Source: Bacteroidia bacterium
Lineage (GTDB): Bacteria > Bacteroidota > Bacteroidia > M30B66
Reading direction: 5' to 3'
DNA: 62,978 bases
NCBI GenBank assembly: GCA_046302715.1
Contig: JBKCHQ010000076.1
Span: 1 to 62,978 of the forward strand
The position numbers and the translations under genes are program-made. The stretch's first letter is position 1. Each line of letters begins with the position of its first letter. The notes under the pieces were generated by a model. It was not told the origin of the DNA, searched no databases, and worked only from the letters and a program-made list of their open reading frames with translations. Positions 48,110-58,914 of the stretch are shown here, in pieces.

Positions 48110-49091
48110 ATAAAATTTTAAGTCTGCACGCCATATTTGCTACTTCGGCTGCAGACATACCTTTGGTTTCTATCGTTTCTGCCACGGTGCGATTGCGCTT
48201 TTCACGGCTAAAATGATAGGCTTTATCATAGTATTTAAGCGATATTTCAGCCACGAGGGCTAAATTGCCCTCATCTAATGCGGCTTGGGCATCACGCAAT
48301 GACAGTCCGCCTAAACGCTTACCAATTTTCTGAAGCGATTCGTGCAAGGCATCTGTTCCATATACACCATATTCCTCGACCAATCGTCGCACACGATCTT
48401 CCAGCGTTGAATCGAGCAATACCAGAGGTGCCCGGTTTAAATTATCCCAAATTCCGGCATGCAGCACTACTTTCCCAATTTTACGGCTTTCGTCTTCGAC
48501 CCAGATTCTCCGGCTATAATCGTACGATTTTAAAACACGATGGACTTCATTTTCAAACTGTTCGATATTGGGCTGTTCGTACATACCCAGCGCACCGAAC
48601 GCTGATCCTCTGTGGCATGCCAGCTGCTCCAGGTCGAGCACCTGTTCGCCCAGGTTTCGGAGTTCGCATAGTATTTCTGTTTTTCCACTGCCGGTTGGTG
48701 CACTCAAAACAACAAAAGGAATATCTTCACAAAACGCCTGCTGCACTTTCTGACGATATGCTTTATAACCACCATTCAACACATCTACTGAAAAACCAGC
48801 AGTTCGGAGCAGCCATGCCATAGAACCGCTGCGCATACCACCCCGCCAGCAATACATCGCCACCCTTCGATCAGGAGCTATTTCATGAGCCTGTTCGACA
48901 AAGCCAACCAGCTTTGGACCTACCATGCGCAGCCCCTCGAGGACGGCATTTTCTTTTCCCTTGTGCTTGTACAAAGTACCTATTCGAACACGTTCTTCAT
49001 CAGAAAACAGTGGAAATGATAAGGCTCCAGGCACATGCCCCTGCTTATACTCTAAAGGTGAGCGAACATCGAGCAATGGGACTACTGACAT
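48096..49091 (-). CDS. selU: tRNA 2-selenouridine synthase
   Basis: Rhodanese domain DVRSP.EY, YCWRGGMRS; P-loop PTGSGKT; HRGSAFG; VEDES. Confidence 0.95.
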   Translation of the reverse strand: MSVVPLLDVRSPLEYKQGHVPGALSFPLFSDEERVRIGTLYKHKGKENAVLEGLRMVGPKLVGFVEQAHEIAPDRRVAMYCWRGGMRSGSMAWLLRTAGFSVDVLNGGYKAYRQKVQQAFCEDIPFVVLSAPTGSGKTEILCELRNLGEQVLDLEQLACHRGSAFGALGMYEQPNIEQFENEVHRVLKSYDYSRRIWVEDESRKIGKVVLHAGIWDNLNRAPLVLLDSTLEDRVRRLVEEYGVYGTDALHESLQKIGKRLGGLSLRDAQAALDEGNLALVAEISLKYYDKAYHFSREKRNRTVAETIETKGMSAAEVANMACRLKILYGTK

Positions 49092-49157
49092 GTGAGCGGG
49101 TAAAAGTTTTATTTGCGAAAGGTATAAAACCTAATTTTAATCAGACCTTAGCAAGGC

Positions 49158-50270
49158 ATGAAAGCATCACTTTACAGTATTATTTTAACTGGAATCATCA
49201 CCGGCAATACATTATTTGCACAGGTGCTAAATACAGGCATGGTAGATCAGATGAACAGCTCAGCAACCGGAAAATTAACGTTTTCTGGGTTTGTGGATGT
49301 GTATCATCGCTACGATTTCTCAAAACCTAAAGATGGAAATATTCCTTACTTCGTGTCCTCAGCTCGGCATAACGAGATTAATATTAATCTAGCCTATCTG
49401 GGCATTCACTACAAAAATGATCGTGTTAGAGCACGCTTTTACCCGGGATTTGGCACCTACATGAATTCGAACTATTCAGGTGAATCGGGCAGTTTAAAAT
49501 ACCTTCTCGAAGCCAATGCGGGAATATGCCTTAGCAAAAAAAATGGATTATGGTTAGATGCCGGTGTTTTAGGTTCGCCTTATACTAACGAATCAGCCAT
49601 TTCTAAAGATCATTTCATGTACACCCGTTCGCTGGCTCCGGAGTATGTACCTTATTACCTGAGCGGAGTTAAGCTAAGCGTTCCAATGGGTAAAAAAATT
49701 AATCTGTACGGGTATTTATTGAATGGATGGCAAAACATTACTGAAACCAATAACAGCCCGGCATTGGGCACACAAATCGAATACCGCCCCAATAGAAAGT
49801 GGCTCATAAACTTCAACACCTACATTGGCGAGGAATCGTCGGATGCCCAGCCCAGCTTTTCGAACCGATATTTTGCCGATGCCTACTGTATATATAATCC
49901 CGACGGCAAATTCAGTATGACTGCATGCGGTTATGTTGGGCGGCAAACGTATATAGCTGGTAAAGCAACAGCAGCGAATTGGTGGCAAGCCAATTGGATA
50001 GGACGTTTGCGGTTGGGCACATCAAACTTTATAGCCCTTAGAGCCGAATACTTTAATGATACAGCTGGTATTGTAGTGCGCAGCATAACGAAAAACACAT
50101 CGTTTCAAACCGGATCATTGGGTATTGGTTATTCGTATCAAGTAAATCAAAACGGCATGTTTAGGGTGGAGTACCGTCATTTTTATGGCTTTAATGAAAC
50201 GTTTATTATAAACGAGGAAAATACGCATCAATCCTACGGTATAACGGCTAATCTGAGTGTGTGGTTTTGA
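49158..50270 (+). CDS. Outer-membrane beta-barrel porin (OmpL-like / bbp2)
   Basis: Signal peptide, FSGFVDVY, YY.SG.K, NGW, terminal VWF. Confidence 0.75.
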   Translation: MKASLYSIILTGIITGNTLFAQVLNTGMVDQMNSSATGKLTFSGFVDVYHRYDFSKPKDGNIPYFVSSARHNEININLAYLGIHYKNDRVRARFYPGFGTYMNSNYSGESGSLKYLLEANAGICLSKKNGLWLDAGVLGSPYTNESAISKDHFMYTRSLAPEYVPYYLSGVKLSVPMGKKINLYGYLLNGWQNITETNNSPALGTQIEYRPNRKWLINFNTYIGEESSDAQPSFSNRYFADAYCIYNPDGKFSMTACGYVGRQTYIAGKATAANWWQANWIGRLRLGTSNFIALRAEYFNDTAGIVVRSITKNTSFQTGSLGIGYSYQVNQNGMFRVEYRHFYGFNETFIINEENTHQSYGITANLSVWF

Positions 50271-50375
50271 TTATTAAGCCCATTCAAGTGGGCTAGAAAT
50301 TAGTGTCCTTTTTTTAACCAGCACATATTTATCAACAAGTCCTTTGAAAAGTTATGTTGGGATGTAGCTATCCAA

Positions 50376-50470
50376 TTTTGTAGGAAGCCTATCCCCCCTA
50401 ACCAAGGCGAAGCTAGCTCCTAAATTTCAAATTGCCGTTAACAAACGTTTATAAACGTTTAAAACGAATA
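50376..50470 (-). repeat. Dispersed ~95-nt non-coding element, copy B
   Basis: Inverted copy of 31372-31467; contains the perfect palindrome AAACGTTTATAAACGTTT at 50443-50460. Confidence 0.85.
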
Positions 50471-50764
50471 GACGAAATTTTCAGGTTAACTGGTTGATAT
50501 ACGAGCAGACGACATACAACAGAAATATGCCTTTATGACGTAAGCTATAGGATAATATTTTAGCAAAACTCCTGCTTGGCAAGTAAACAAACAAGTGAAC
50601 CAAGCTCACTTCTTCGTCCAAAACACCATTTGCAAAAAATAGAATTCGATATCATAGAATCGAATAATTGCGTTTCAACGAAATCGCTATTAGCAACATG
50701 TGTAATAAGGTGCATGAGCCGTAGCAACATTTCTTTGTTTTATACTTTACCCTACCTTTACTGC

Positions 50765-51823
50765 ATGCGGGTATACTTGGTATTGGCCATAGCATTTATT
50801 GCAAAGAGCATGATTGCGCAAACGTCGGTTTATCCCGGTGGTTTTGGACTGCGCAGCACCATGGGATTTACAGTTCCCCCTGGAAATTCGCAAAAGCATT
50901 TGATTGGAGCGCATGCCTATGGGTTCGAATTTAATTACCGATATAATTTTTCGGGGGTAAAAGAGTGGGAAAAACATTATCGTTATCCTTATTCGGGATT
51001 TGCCGTTCAGTTTCTCTCGCTGGGCGGCAAACTTATAGGAAACAGCTACAACATAATGCCCTACATTGGCATACCAATAAAAAAGAATAAGATTTTCGAC
51101 TCGCACATTAGGCTTTCAAGCGGACTTTCATACATATCACGAAAGTTTGATCTCGAAACCAATCGAAACAATACCCTTACAGGCAACAATTTGAATCTTG
51201 TAGCCGATTTGATGCTTCAAATTAACTGGAAGATCGATCGCAAAGTGCATTTGTTAACCGGTTTATCTCTCACTCATTTTTCGAACGGAGCCTTTAAACA
51301 ACCTCAAACATCCTTTATAGTATTGGGTATGAATGCTGGACTAACCATTAATACGGGAAGGCCTGTTGCCGTAAATAATTACTCCTTTCCCATTCTCGAT
51401 AAAGGGCTTAAATTAGTGATATGGTCGGGCATATGGCGCAAAGAAGCCACATCGTTTATTAGTCAGAAATACACCGCCGCAGTTGTAGGCATTAACGCAT
51501 TAAGACGATATTCCATAAAAGGCGCTTATGGACTGGGTATTGATGCTCTTATTGATCAAAGCCTACCCGCGCGTAACAGCAAGGCCGGTCCATTTAGATT
51601 GGGGGCAGTAATCGCTTACGAATTGTTGCTGGGGCGCATGAGTATTCCCATTCAGCAGGGTTTTTACTTGGTTAATCCCATAAAAAGCGATGGATTTCTT
51701 TACCAACGTATAGGCTGGCGTTACCACATTAACAGTGCCCTTGCAGCACAATTGAGTCTTAAATTCCACAATCTTAAAAACGATCATGCCGAAATTGGCT
51801 TGGTGTACACGATAAAACCATGA
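50765..51823 (+). CDS. Acyloxyacyl hydrolase / PagL-like outer-membrane protein
   Basis: Signal peptide from ATG 50765; THFSNG motif; beta-strand pattern; paired with a GIN-domain gene. Confidence 0.75.
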   Translation: MRVYLVLAIAFIAKSMIAQTSVYPGGFGLRSTMGFTVPPGNSQKHLIGAHAYGFEFNYRYNFSGVKEWEKHYRYPYSGFAVQFLSLGGKLIGNSYNIMPYIGIPIKKNKIFDSHIRLSSGLSYISRKFDLETNRNNTLTGNNLNLVADLMLQINWKIDRKVHLLTGLSLTHFSNGAFKQPQTSFIVLGMNAGLTINTGRPVAVNNYSFPILDKGLKLVIWSGIWRKEATSFISQKYTAAVVGINALRRYSIKGAYGLGIDALIDQSLPARNSKAGPFRLGAVIAYELLLGRMSIPIQQGFYLVNPIKSDGFLYQRIGWRYHINSALAAQLSLKFHNLKNDHAEIGLVYTIKP

Positions 51824-52554
51824 GAAGTACGATTTTATTCCTATTAATAGCGTGTATTCTGTTGGCCTGCAGCAAAGAGCAGATGGACGATTGCTTTACC
51901 TCAACCGGTAGAGTGGCTTATGAGAAACGTACTCTCGAACCCTTTACATCGGCCGAAATTATTGGTAATTATCAACTGATTTGGATAGAAGACACCAGCA
52001 ATTACATCGAAATTGAGGCAGGCACCGGGCTTTTAGAGCAGATTAAAACAAAGGTTGAATTTCAGAAGCTTACTATCGAAAACACTAATACCTGTAATTG
52101 GGTGCGCTCTTATAAAATTCCTGTAATTCTAAAGCTGCATTGCAGCAATCTGGGACGCCTGAGGATTTTGGGCAGTACAGAGCTGAGCAACCGCGATAGT
52201 CTGCGGCACGATTCTATTTATATTGATTTAAATCAAAATGCCGGCGCAATAGATCTTAACGTTTCGAATACTTTGCTGATGATTGAGCAGCCTACCGGTG
52301 GGGCCGAAATAACAGCTTCGGGCCGCACCGAAGCGTTTGTTTTTAAATCGGGCGAACGTGTAGGTGGCAATTTCCTAAAACTGAATGCCCGCTGGGTTGA
52401 GGCCATAAGCAAAAGCGAAATCGACACCTATGTTAATGCCTCCGAATCGCTCAAACTCACCACCTTGGCTGGAGGCAGTATTTTTTACACAGGTGATGCC
52501 CCCCAAATTGAACGGTCAAGTTTTGGAGAGGGAAGTATTTCGAGGATTTATTAA
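51820..52554 (+). CDS. Head GIN domain (DUF2807) lipoprotein
   Basis: Lipobox LLAC; DCF.STG; repetitive beta-helix. Confidence 0.8.
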   Translation: MRSTILFLLIACILLACSKEQMDDCFTSTGRVAYEKRTLEPFTSAEIIGNYQLIWIEDTSNYIEIEAGTGLLEQIKTKVEFQKLTIENTNTCNWVRSYKIPVILKLHCSNLGRLRILGSTELSNRDSLRHDSIYIDLNQNAGAIDLNVSNTLLMIEQPTGGAEITASGRTEAFVFKSGERVGGNFLKLNARWVEAISKSEIDTYVNASESLKLTTLAGGSIFYTGDAPQIERSSFGEGSISRIY

Positions 52555-52574
52555 TAGTAGAAACGACTAATATG

Positions 52575-53396
52575 TCAAAGCTGCTGAACAAATAAAAGCC
52601 AATGTTCGGGCACATTCTTAAACTCGGGCGGCTGAGTAAAAAAACCAAACACTGTGGAGCCGCTGCCACTCATGGCAGAATAAATGGCCCCTTTCTCTTT
52701 TAATTCCTCCAAGGCCGCTGCCACTTCGGAATATTTCTGCGAAACCGGTCGCTCAAAATCATTTACGACCCTTCCCTGCCATTCGCTAATGGGTAATTTT
52801 ATTAACTCAAACAAATCTTCCTCGGGCTTATGCGGCTGAATCATCCCAAAGGCTGTAGACGTAGAAACATGAACGCCCGGATTAATTAATACCAAATATA
52901 TTCCCCTTAAATTCAATTCAAAAGGCTCTAGCAATTCGCCCCTGCCTTGCACCTTGCAGGCACTGTCATACATAAAAAAAGGGCAATCGCTGCCCAAAGC
53001 AGCGGCCATTTCGAGTAAACGCTCAAATGACAGGGGCTTATTCATAAGTTGATTGAGCAGCCTGAGGGTCCATGCGGCATCCGATGAGCCGCCGCCCAAG
53101 CCCGCACCCATAGGAATTACTTTATGAAGATACACCTCCAAAGGCGGCAGATTGCAATATGAATCAAACAATCGAATGGCTTTTAGCACCAGATTATTGT
53201 GTGGATTACCATCAACCTCAAGCCCACTTGGTATAAAGCGAACAGGCACTTTTTGATTGGATTCTGCAACAATAATCTCCAACACATCGCATAAACCGAT
53301 GGGATAAAAAATACTTTCGAGCGCATGGTATCCGTCGGCACGCTTATGGGTAATGCGTAAGCCCAGATTAATTTTTGCCGGAGGAAAGGCTACCAT
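52575..53396 (-). CDS. ispE: 4-(cytidine 5'-diphospho)-2-C-methyl-D-erythritol kinase
   Basis: PAKINLGL, K.IP.GAGLGGGSSDAA, GSDCPFF, MSGSGS. Confidence 0.96.
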   Translation of the reverse strand: MVAFPPAKINLGLRITHKRADGYHALESIFYPIGLCDVLEIIVAESNQKVPVRFIPSGLEVDGNPHNNLVLKAIRLFDSYCNLPPLEVYLHKVIPMGAGLGGGSSDAAWTLRLLNQLMNKPLSFERLLEMAAALGSDCPFFMYDSACKVQGRGELLEPFELNLRGIYLVLINPGVHVSTSTAFGMIQPHKPEEDLFELIKLPISEWQGRVVNDFERPVSQKYSEVAAALEELKEKGAIYSAMSGSGSTVFGFFTQPPEFKNVPEHWLLFVQQL

Positions 53397-53497
53397 CGAT
53401 GGAATTACTTTGATTCATGTATGTGCGGGTAAAAATACACAAACAAACACAGGGGTTTGCTTCGAATGTGTAAATTGCAGCCCCAAAACATCGGAAT

Positions 53498-54454
53498 ATG
53501 AATTTTCTTGAGTTTGAAAAACCGATAGCCGATTTGTTCACGCAACTTACTGAGGCGCAAGATCTCGCCGCCAAAAGCGGTGTAGACATGAAGAAAGCTA
53601 TTGCCGAACTGGAACAAAAAATTGAAGACACCCGCAAATCTATATATCAGAATCTTAGTCCTTGGCAGCGCGTGCAGGTAAGCCGCCATCCCGACAGACC
53701 TTATGCGTTATCGTATATAAACTACATGACCGACGGTAACTTTCAGGAGTTACATGGCGACCGCACGGTTAAGGACGATAAAGCCATGATAGGCGGGATT
53801 GGTTGTGTGGATGGGAAATCGGTGATGTTTATTGGTCAACAAAAAGGCGCCAACACCAAGCAACGTCAATACCGTAATTTTGGAATGGCCAACCCCGAAG
53901 GGTACAGAAAAGCACTACGCTTGATGAAAATGGCCGAAAAATTTGACATTCCTATTGTAACCCTCATCGATACTCCGGGCGCTTATCCAGGCCTTGAGGC
54001 CGAAGAACGTGGCCAGGGCGAAGCCATCGCCCGAAACCTTTTCGAGATGACCAAATTAAAAGTTCCGGTGGTATGCATCATCATTGGTGAAGGAGCATCG
54101 GGTGGTGCTTTAGGAATCGGAATCGGCGATAAGGTATTGATGCTGGAAAACACCTGGTATTCGGTAATATCTCCCGAATCATGTTCTTCAATTCTTTGGC
54201 GTAGCTGGGATTTCAAAGAAAAAGCATCGGTTGAGCTTAAGCTAACTGCCGACGATATGATGCAAAATAAACTTATCGACGGTGTTATTAAGGAACCCAT
54301 TGGTGGAGCGCACACCCATTACGACCAAATGTTCCGTACGGTAAAAACCGAAGTAATGAAAGAGTTGGCAACTCTGTCAAAAATTAAACCCGAGAAACGC
54401 ATCGAAATGCGTATAGCCAAATTCTCTGCAATGGGTGCATTTTCTGAAAAATAA
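53498..54454 (+). CDS. accA: Acetyl-CoA carboxylase carboxyltransferase subunit alpha
   Basis: [38 protein letters not shown]. Confidence 0.97.
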   Translation: MNFLEFEKPIADLFTQLTEAQDLAAKSGVDMKKAIAELEQKIEDTRKSIYQNLSPWQRVQVSRHPDRPYALSYINYMTDGNFQELHGDRTVKDDKAMIGGIGCVDGKSVMFIGQQKGANTKQRQYRNFGMANPEGYRKALRLMKMAEKFDIPIVTLIDTPGAYPGLEAEERGQGEAIARNLFEMTKLKVPVVCIIIGEGASGGALGIGIGDKVLMLENTWYSVISPESCSSILWRSWDFKEKASVELKLTADDMMQNKLIDGVIKEPIGGAHTHYDQMFRTVKTEVMKELATLSKIKPEKRIEMRIAKFSAMGAFSEK

Positions 54455-54459
54455 AGGCT

Positions 54460-55167
54460 TTGGCCAATTCGTGGTTCAGATTTAAGCAATTTACCATCCA
54501 GCAAAACCGCTGCGCTATGAAGGTAGGTACGGATGGTGTGTTGCTAGGCGCCTGGGCAAACATTGAAAAGGCCTCACACATTCTGGATATGGGCTGCGGC
54601 ACCGGATTGCTTTCTTTGATGGCTGCACAGAGAAATTCTTTAGCCTTTATTACCGCTGTTGAACTGGAGGAAGACGCTGCACAACAAGCCCATGAAAACG
54701 TTGCGGCATCGGCTTGGGACAATCGAATTAAAGTTATAAATAACGATGTGTTAAGTACCGTTTTTGATAGGTCATTCGACTGCATCGTGTGCAACCCACC
54801 GTATTTTTCCGCACAAGTTTTACCCCCGGCTAAAGCCCGAAGTTTAGCCCGCCACAACACCAAAGGCTTTGAAACTTGGATTGAAACAGCCTTTAACCAA
54901 TGTAGCAATACCGGAAATGCTCATTTCATATTGCCCATTGACCAAAAACAAGCGGTACTGGATTTTCTAAAAACCACGTTTTGGCACATACAGCGCATCT
55001 GCGACGTTGTGCCCAATGACGCTAAACCTGCAGTGCGTTTTTTATTGGAACTGCAAAAAGAACCCTGCGAAACGACATACAGCCGCCTTCAAATAGAAAC
55101 AGGCGCACGAGGCAACTATCATCCTGAATACAAAAATCTAACAGCTGATTTTTACCTATGGGCCTGA
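54460..55167 (+). CDS. tRNA1(Val) (adenine-37-N6)-methyltransferase family
   Basis: F.FKQF.I.Q.RCAMKVGTDGVLLGAW, LDMGCGTG, CNPPYF. Confidence 0.92.
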   Translation: MANSWFRFKQFTIQQNRCAMKVGTDGVLLGAWANIEKASHILDMGCGTGLLSLMAAQRNSLAFITAVELEEDAAQQAHENVAASAWDNRIKVINNDVLSTVFDRSFDCIVCNPPYFSAQVLPPAKARSLARHNTKGFETWIETAFNQCSNTGNAHFILPIDQKQAVLDFLKTTFWHIQRICDVVPNDAKPAVRFLLELQKEPCETTYSRLQIETGARGNYHPEYKNLTADFYLWA

Positions 55168-56264
55168 TGGAGGCTGCCAATTAAGGTATTGGGATTACGA
55201 ATAAACGCAATGCTTAAATGGTGAAGGAGCTGACCTGAAGGTCCAAATAGAGGATATTCGAAATTATGGTTAGAATAAGGCATCTCCACATACGCATGTG
55301 GACCTTGATAAACGTTGTTGAGCATTCTGGATTGCGCAACGGGCACTATTTGATCTTTAGCGCCGTGCAGCAATAGGAGCGGAGGTAAAGGCGACTTCAT
55401 ACGATGGGCAAGCGAAAGACTGGCCGCATTCACATTTCCTGCATATGCCGCTTTAATATCCTCCAAACGCAATAGCGGATTTGAATTATTGCTAAAATCG
55501 GAGAGTGGGTATGCGGCAATGATGCCCGATAGGTTTAGCTGAGGATGCTGCACCGCCATGGAAAGCGCCAATGTAGCACCCGCCGATGAGCCCCCCACAA
55601 AAACCTTGTTGGTATCGCCGCCTCTTTCATGTAAAAAGGTCATCATGGATTTAATGAGTGCTGCCGCTGAATTCTCGGGATTGGGAAACTGTGCCTCCTT
55701 ACCCAAAGGATACGCTGCAGCCACTACTAAACAACCCGCCCTACTGAAAGCAGCACTCCAAGCATGCATTTGCGCAGGCGAACCTTGAATGAAACCTCCT
55801 CCATGAAAGAGAAAAACAATAGGAGGCGCTTCAATCTTTTTATCAGGCAAATACACCAAAGAGATACGCTGAGGAGCATCGAGATGGTGATACGGCAAAA
55901 AGCCTGATTCGTGTTGGCGGGCAAAAAACCAGTCCCCAAAACTAAATCGATGCTCAAGGTTAAATTTGTGATGTGCGGCACCGCTCCATATAATTGGAAG
56001 ACTCAATAACACCGATGATGAAAGCGGCAGAAAAAACCAAAATCCGCCCCCCTTAAAATTCCGCCATAAAGGCAGGAGCATTAATACTAATGAAGCTACC
56101 CAGGCAAATCGCCCTGTTTCTGAAAGATAAAGATGGAGATAAAATCCTTGTAACGTATTTATCGGAAATTGGATAAATAAACCACATAGAAATAAAACAA
56201 AAGAGGCCAGACACCAAAAGATGCCTGGCCACTTCCAACCGGTATAGCCGGCGGTAAAAATCAT
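55152..56264 (-). CDS. Membrane-anchored alpha/beta hydrolase (HSL-like esterase)
   Basis: HGGGF, GSSAG, HG..D, terminal His; N-terminal TM helices. Confidence 0.85.
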   Translation of the reverse strand: MIFTAGYTGWKWPGIFWCLASFVLFLCGLFIQFPINTLQGFYLHLYLSETGRFAWVASLVLMLLPLWRNFKGGGFWFFLPLSSSVLLSLPIIWSGAAHHKFNLEHRFSFGDWFFARQHESGFLPYHHLDAPQRISLVYLPDKKIEAPPIVFLFHGGGFIQGSPAQMHAWSAAFSRAGCLVVAAAYPLGKEAQFPNPENSAAALIKSMMTFLHERGGDTNKVFVGGSSAGATLALSMAVQHPQLNLSGIIAAYPLSDFSNNSNPLLRLEDIKAAYAGNVNAASLSLAHRMKSPLPPLLLLHGAKDQIVPVAQSRMLNNVYQGPHAYVEMPYSNHNFEYPLFGPSGQLLHHLSIAFIRNPNTLIGSLHQAHR

Positions 56265-56605
56265 TTCACTTCAATAGTCTGACGTGCACCGTTAGCCCCT
56301 GCATCGGGCGGACAATGACTCTCAATAGCAGGATTGGTACCGTGTAAACTAATTACGTAAGACCCCGGAAAGTCGTAAACATGATATACTGTTGAAGAAC
56401 GGGTAATCGTATCCTTACCGTCGCCGAAATTCCAATGGTATAAATCGATACCCTCGCTGCAATCGGCATTAAACGAAACTCTGTTTCCCGCCATTGGTGT
56501 GCGCTCTGAAACCGTAAAACAATAACGCTGAACGTCAGGTTCGCATGAAGCTAAAGCTAATATAGAAGCCAAAGCAGTAAATGAATAAAATAGGCGTTTT
56601 TTCAT
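56261..56605 (-). CDS. PKD domain lipoprotein
   Basis: Lipobox LASC; Y.WNFGDG...H.Y..PG.Y. Confidence 0.85.
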   Translation of the reverse strand: MKKRLFYSFTALASILALASCEPDVQRYCFTVSERTPMAGNRVSFNADCSEGIDLYHWNFGDGKDTITRSSTVYHVYDFPGSYVISLHGTNPAIESHCPPDAGANGARQTIEVK

Positions 56606-56670
56606 AACATGTAATTATTTCAAATGTAGTTTTTTTTCTGCAAAAACCAAACCTAAAATTTCCTATCAGG

Positions 56671-58182
56671 CTAAATAGGTGCAGTAAATGCTCTGCATGC
56701 CGAAACTGCCCTTTTCCATTGGGCATACCAGCGTTCGTTCTCTTGGTTACTCACGAGTTCGGGCTTAAATTCAGCATCAATCTGGTGCAAGCGTATTAAA
56801 GCCTCCTTGCCCGACCAAAATGAACTTCCTAAGCCCGACATCATGGCAACACCCCAAACGGTAGATTCTGTTTGTTTAGGTCTGGAAATTAAGCATGAAA
56901 GCTGATTGGCCTGAAACTGCATTAAAAAATTATTGGATGAAGCGCCACCATCCACACGCAGTTCAGTAATCTTTATTTTTGAAACCTCTTCCATCAACTC
57001 AAGCACATCCCGGGTTTGATAGGCTAAGGATTCAAGAGTAGCACGTACCAAATGTGCCCTGCTTGTTCCTCGTGTCATGCCCAAAAATGCGCCTCTGGCA
57101 TCAGCATCCCAATAGGGCGCCCCCAATCCTGTAAATGCAGGCACCAGATATACGCCGCCGTTATCTTCCAAAGAAACAGCCAGAGCCTCAGTTTCTGAAG
57201 CATTAGTTACTAAGGCCAATTCATCACGGATCCACTGAACGGCCGAACCCGCCACGAAAACACTTCCCTCAAGCGCAAATTCGGGCACCCCGTTGATTTT
57301 CCAGGCCATGGTACTCAGCAAGCCCGAATGAGCCTCCACCCTTTTTGTTCCGGTATGCATAAGCATAAAACAACCCGTACCGTAAGTATTTTTTACCATC
57401 CCCTCAGAAAAACAAGCTTGTCCAAACAAGGCCGCATGCTGATCGCCTGCAACAGCAGTAATGGGAATTTCAACTCCTGCAACGGATGCCGGTATAGCTC
57501 CGAAATCAGCAATGTTCTCTTTAACCTCGGGCAAAATTTCAGGTTTAATTCCACAAACACGGCATAAATCGGTATCCCATTGCTGAGCGTCTAAATTAAA
57601 CAACATGGTTCTCGAAGCATTGGTAACATCGGTGCTGTAAACGCTTCCTTTACTCAAATTCCACAACAACCACGTATCTACCGTTCCAACTTTTAACAAT
57701 CCTTGCTCGAGAGCTTCAGCTGCCTCGGGCACGTTCTTAAGGATCCAAGCAATTTTACTCGCACTAAAATAGGCATCGGGATGCAAGCCGCTGCGTTTCG
57801 AAAAGTACTCCAAACCAAATTTGCGCTGCCAATCGACAATGATGGACGCCGACTGTCGGCTTTGCCAAACGATAGCAGGATAAAACGCCTTACCTGTTTT
57901 GGCATGCCAAGCAATGAGTGTCTCGCGCTGGTTGGTAATGCCTGCAGAGATAATCTGCTGAGGATTTATCCCACTTGACTTAATAACATTTGAAACACAA
58001 TCTATTACACTTTGATAGAGTTGATCGGGATTTTGCAAAACATAGCCCGACTGAGGGTATATACATTGCAGTGGGATTTGATGACTGCCCTCACACCTTC
58101 CATCCTGATCAAAAAGTAAGGCCCGCGAACTTGTGGTTCCTTGATCAACCGCTAAAACGTAATTTTTGTGACTTGATTTCAT
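56671..58182 (-). CDS. glpK: Glycerol kinase
   Basis: DQGTTSSR, GITNQRET, YFSASK, TD.TNASRT, GDQ.AALFG, KNTYGTG, DGG. Confidence 0.96.
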   Translation of the reverse strand: MKSSHKNYVLAVDQGTTSSRALLFDQDGRCEGSHQIPLQCIYPQSGYVLQNPDQLYQSVIDCVSNVIKSSGINPQQIISAGITNQRETLIAWHAKTGKAFYPAIVWQSRQSASIIVDWQRKFGLEYFSKRSGLHPDAYFSASKIAWILKNVPEAAEALEQGLLKVGTVDTWLLWNLSKGSVYSTDVTNASRTMLFNLDAQQWDTDLCRVCGIKPEILPEVKENIADFGAIPASVAGVEIPITAVAGDQHAALFGQACFSEGMVKNTYGTGCFMLMHTGTKRVEAHSGLLSTMAWKINGVPEFALEGSVFVAGSAVQWIRDELALVTNASETEALAVSLEDNGGVYLVPAFTGLGAPYWDADARGAFLGMTRGTSRAHLVRATLESLAYQTRDVLELMEEVSKIKITELRVDGGASSNNFLMQFQANQLSCLISRPKQTESTVWGVAMMSGLGSSFWSGKEALIRLHQIDAEFKPELVSNQENERWYAQWKRAVSACRAFTAPI

Positions 58183-58254
58183 GAACAAACTATAATACAA
58201 CTATCAAAAGTACCTAAAGCAACATTAATTTTTCGGCTACTTTTACAGTTAGAA

Positions 58255-58533
58255 ATGTCTTCAGAATTTAAATGCAAGAATTGCGGATCGTGGAACCCGC
58301 TCCAAGATGAGGCTGCTGTTTGCCTGGCCTGTAACACGCCATACAAAGTATTTACTGAAGCAGATAGGGCAAGTATTGAACGTCGCAACACCACCGGCGA
58401 TATTAAAATACCGATACACCCTAATGATGCACCTCCAATAAAAGTGCTGAAACATATTTTTAACGCCATACAAATTGCCTTTCTTGCCGTATTAAGTTTT
58501 ATTTTATGGCTTATTGCCGCCGGACCTGGATAA
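58255..58533 (+). CDS. Small zinc-ribbon membrane protein (hypothetical)
   Basis: CKNC-x12-CLAC followed by a C-terminal TM helix. Confidence 0.7.
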   Translation: MSSEFKCKNCGSWNPLQDEAAVCLACNTPYKVFTEADRASIERRNTTGDIKIPIHPNDAPPIKVLKHIFNAIQIAFLAVLSFILWLIAAGPG

Positions 58534-58914
58534 ATGAAAACGCATAAACTTCCACCCCTTTGGTTCCTTCTATTATTAGGAATTGTGGTTTGTAAAAGAA
58601 TATTTTTTCACACTTCGGGTAATGCATTTGCCGACAGCTATCTGCTCGATTTGCTTTGCATTCCATTAGTTATGGAAGGCTGCAAGTGGATTCTTGAAAA
58701 ATTACTTAATAGACACTACCGATTTACGGAATACCATTGTATAGTGGCGGTGCTGTATTTTAGCCTTGTTTTTGAATGGTTTCTTCCGCAGTTGAGTAAC
58801 CGCTACCACGCCGATATTTATGATGTTTTGTGTTATGGGGTATCTACCATTATATGGTATGTTGGGCAAACTAATTTTAACGCTAAACGAATGAATGTGG
58901 TCGAAAATGCCTGA
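58534..58914 (+). CDS. Conserved small membrane protein
   Basis: SYLLDLLCIP, FEWFLP..S.RY.AD..D..CY; hydrophobic. Confidence 0.7.
   Translation: MKTHKLPPLWFLLLLGIVVCKRIFFHTSGNAFADSYLLDLLCIPLVMEGCKWILEKLLNRHYRFTEYHCIVAVLYFSLVFEWFLPQLSNRYHADIYDVLCYGVSTIIWYVGQTNFNAKRMNVVENA

Noticed and set aside
50576-50764. N-terminal extension of the acyloxyacyl hydrolase ORF, and a ~55-codon antisense ORF
   Set aside because: The signal peptide begins at ATG 50765; the upstream translations have no protein-like features.
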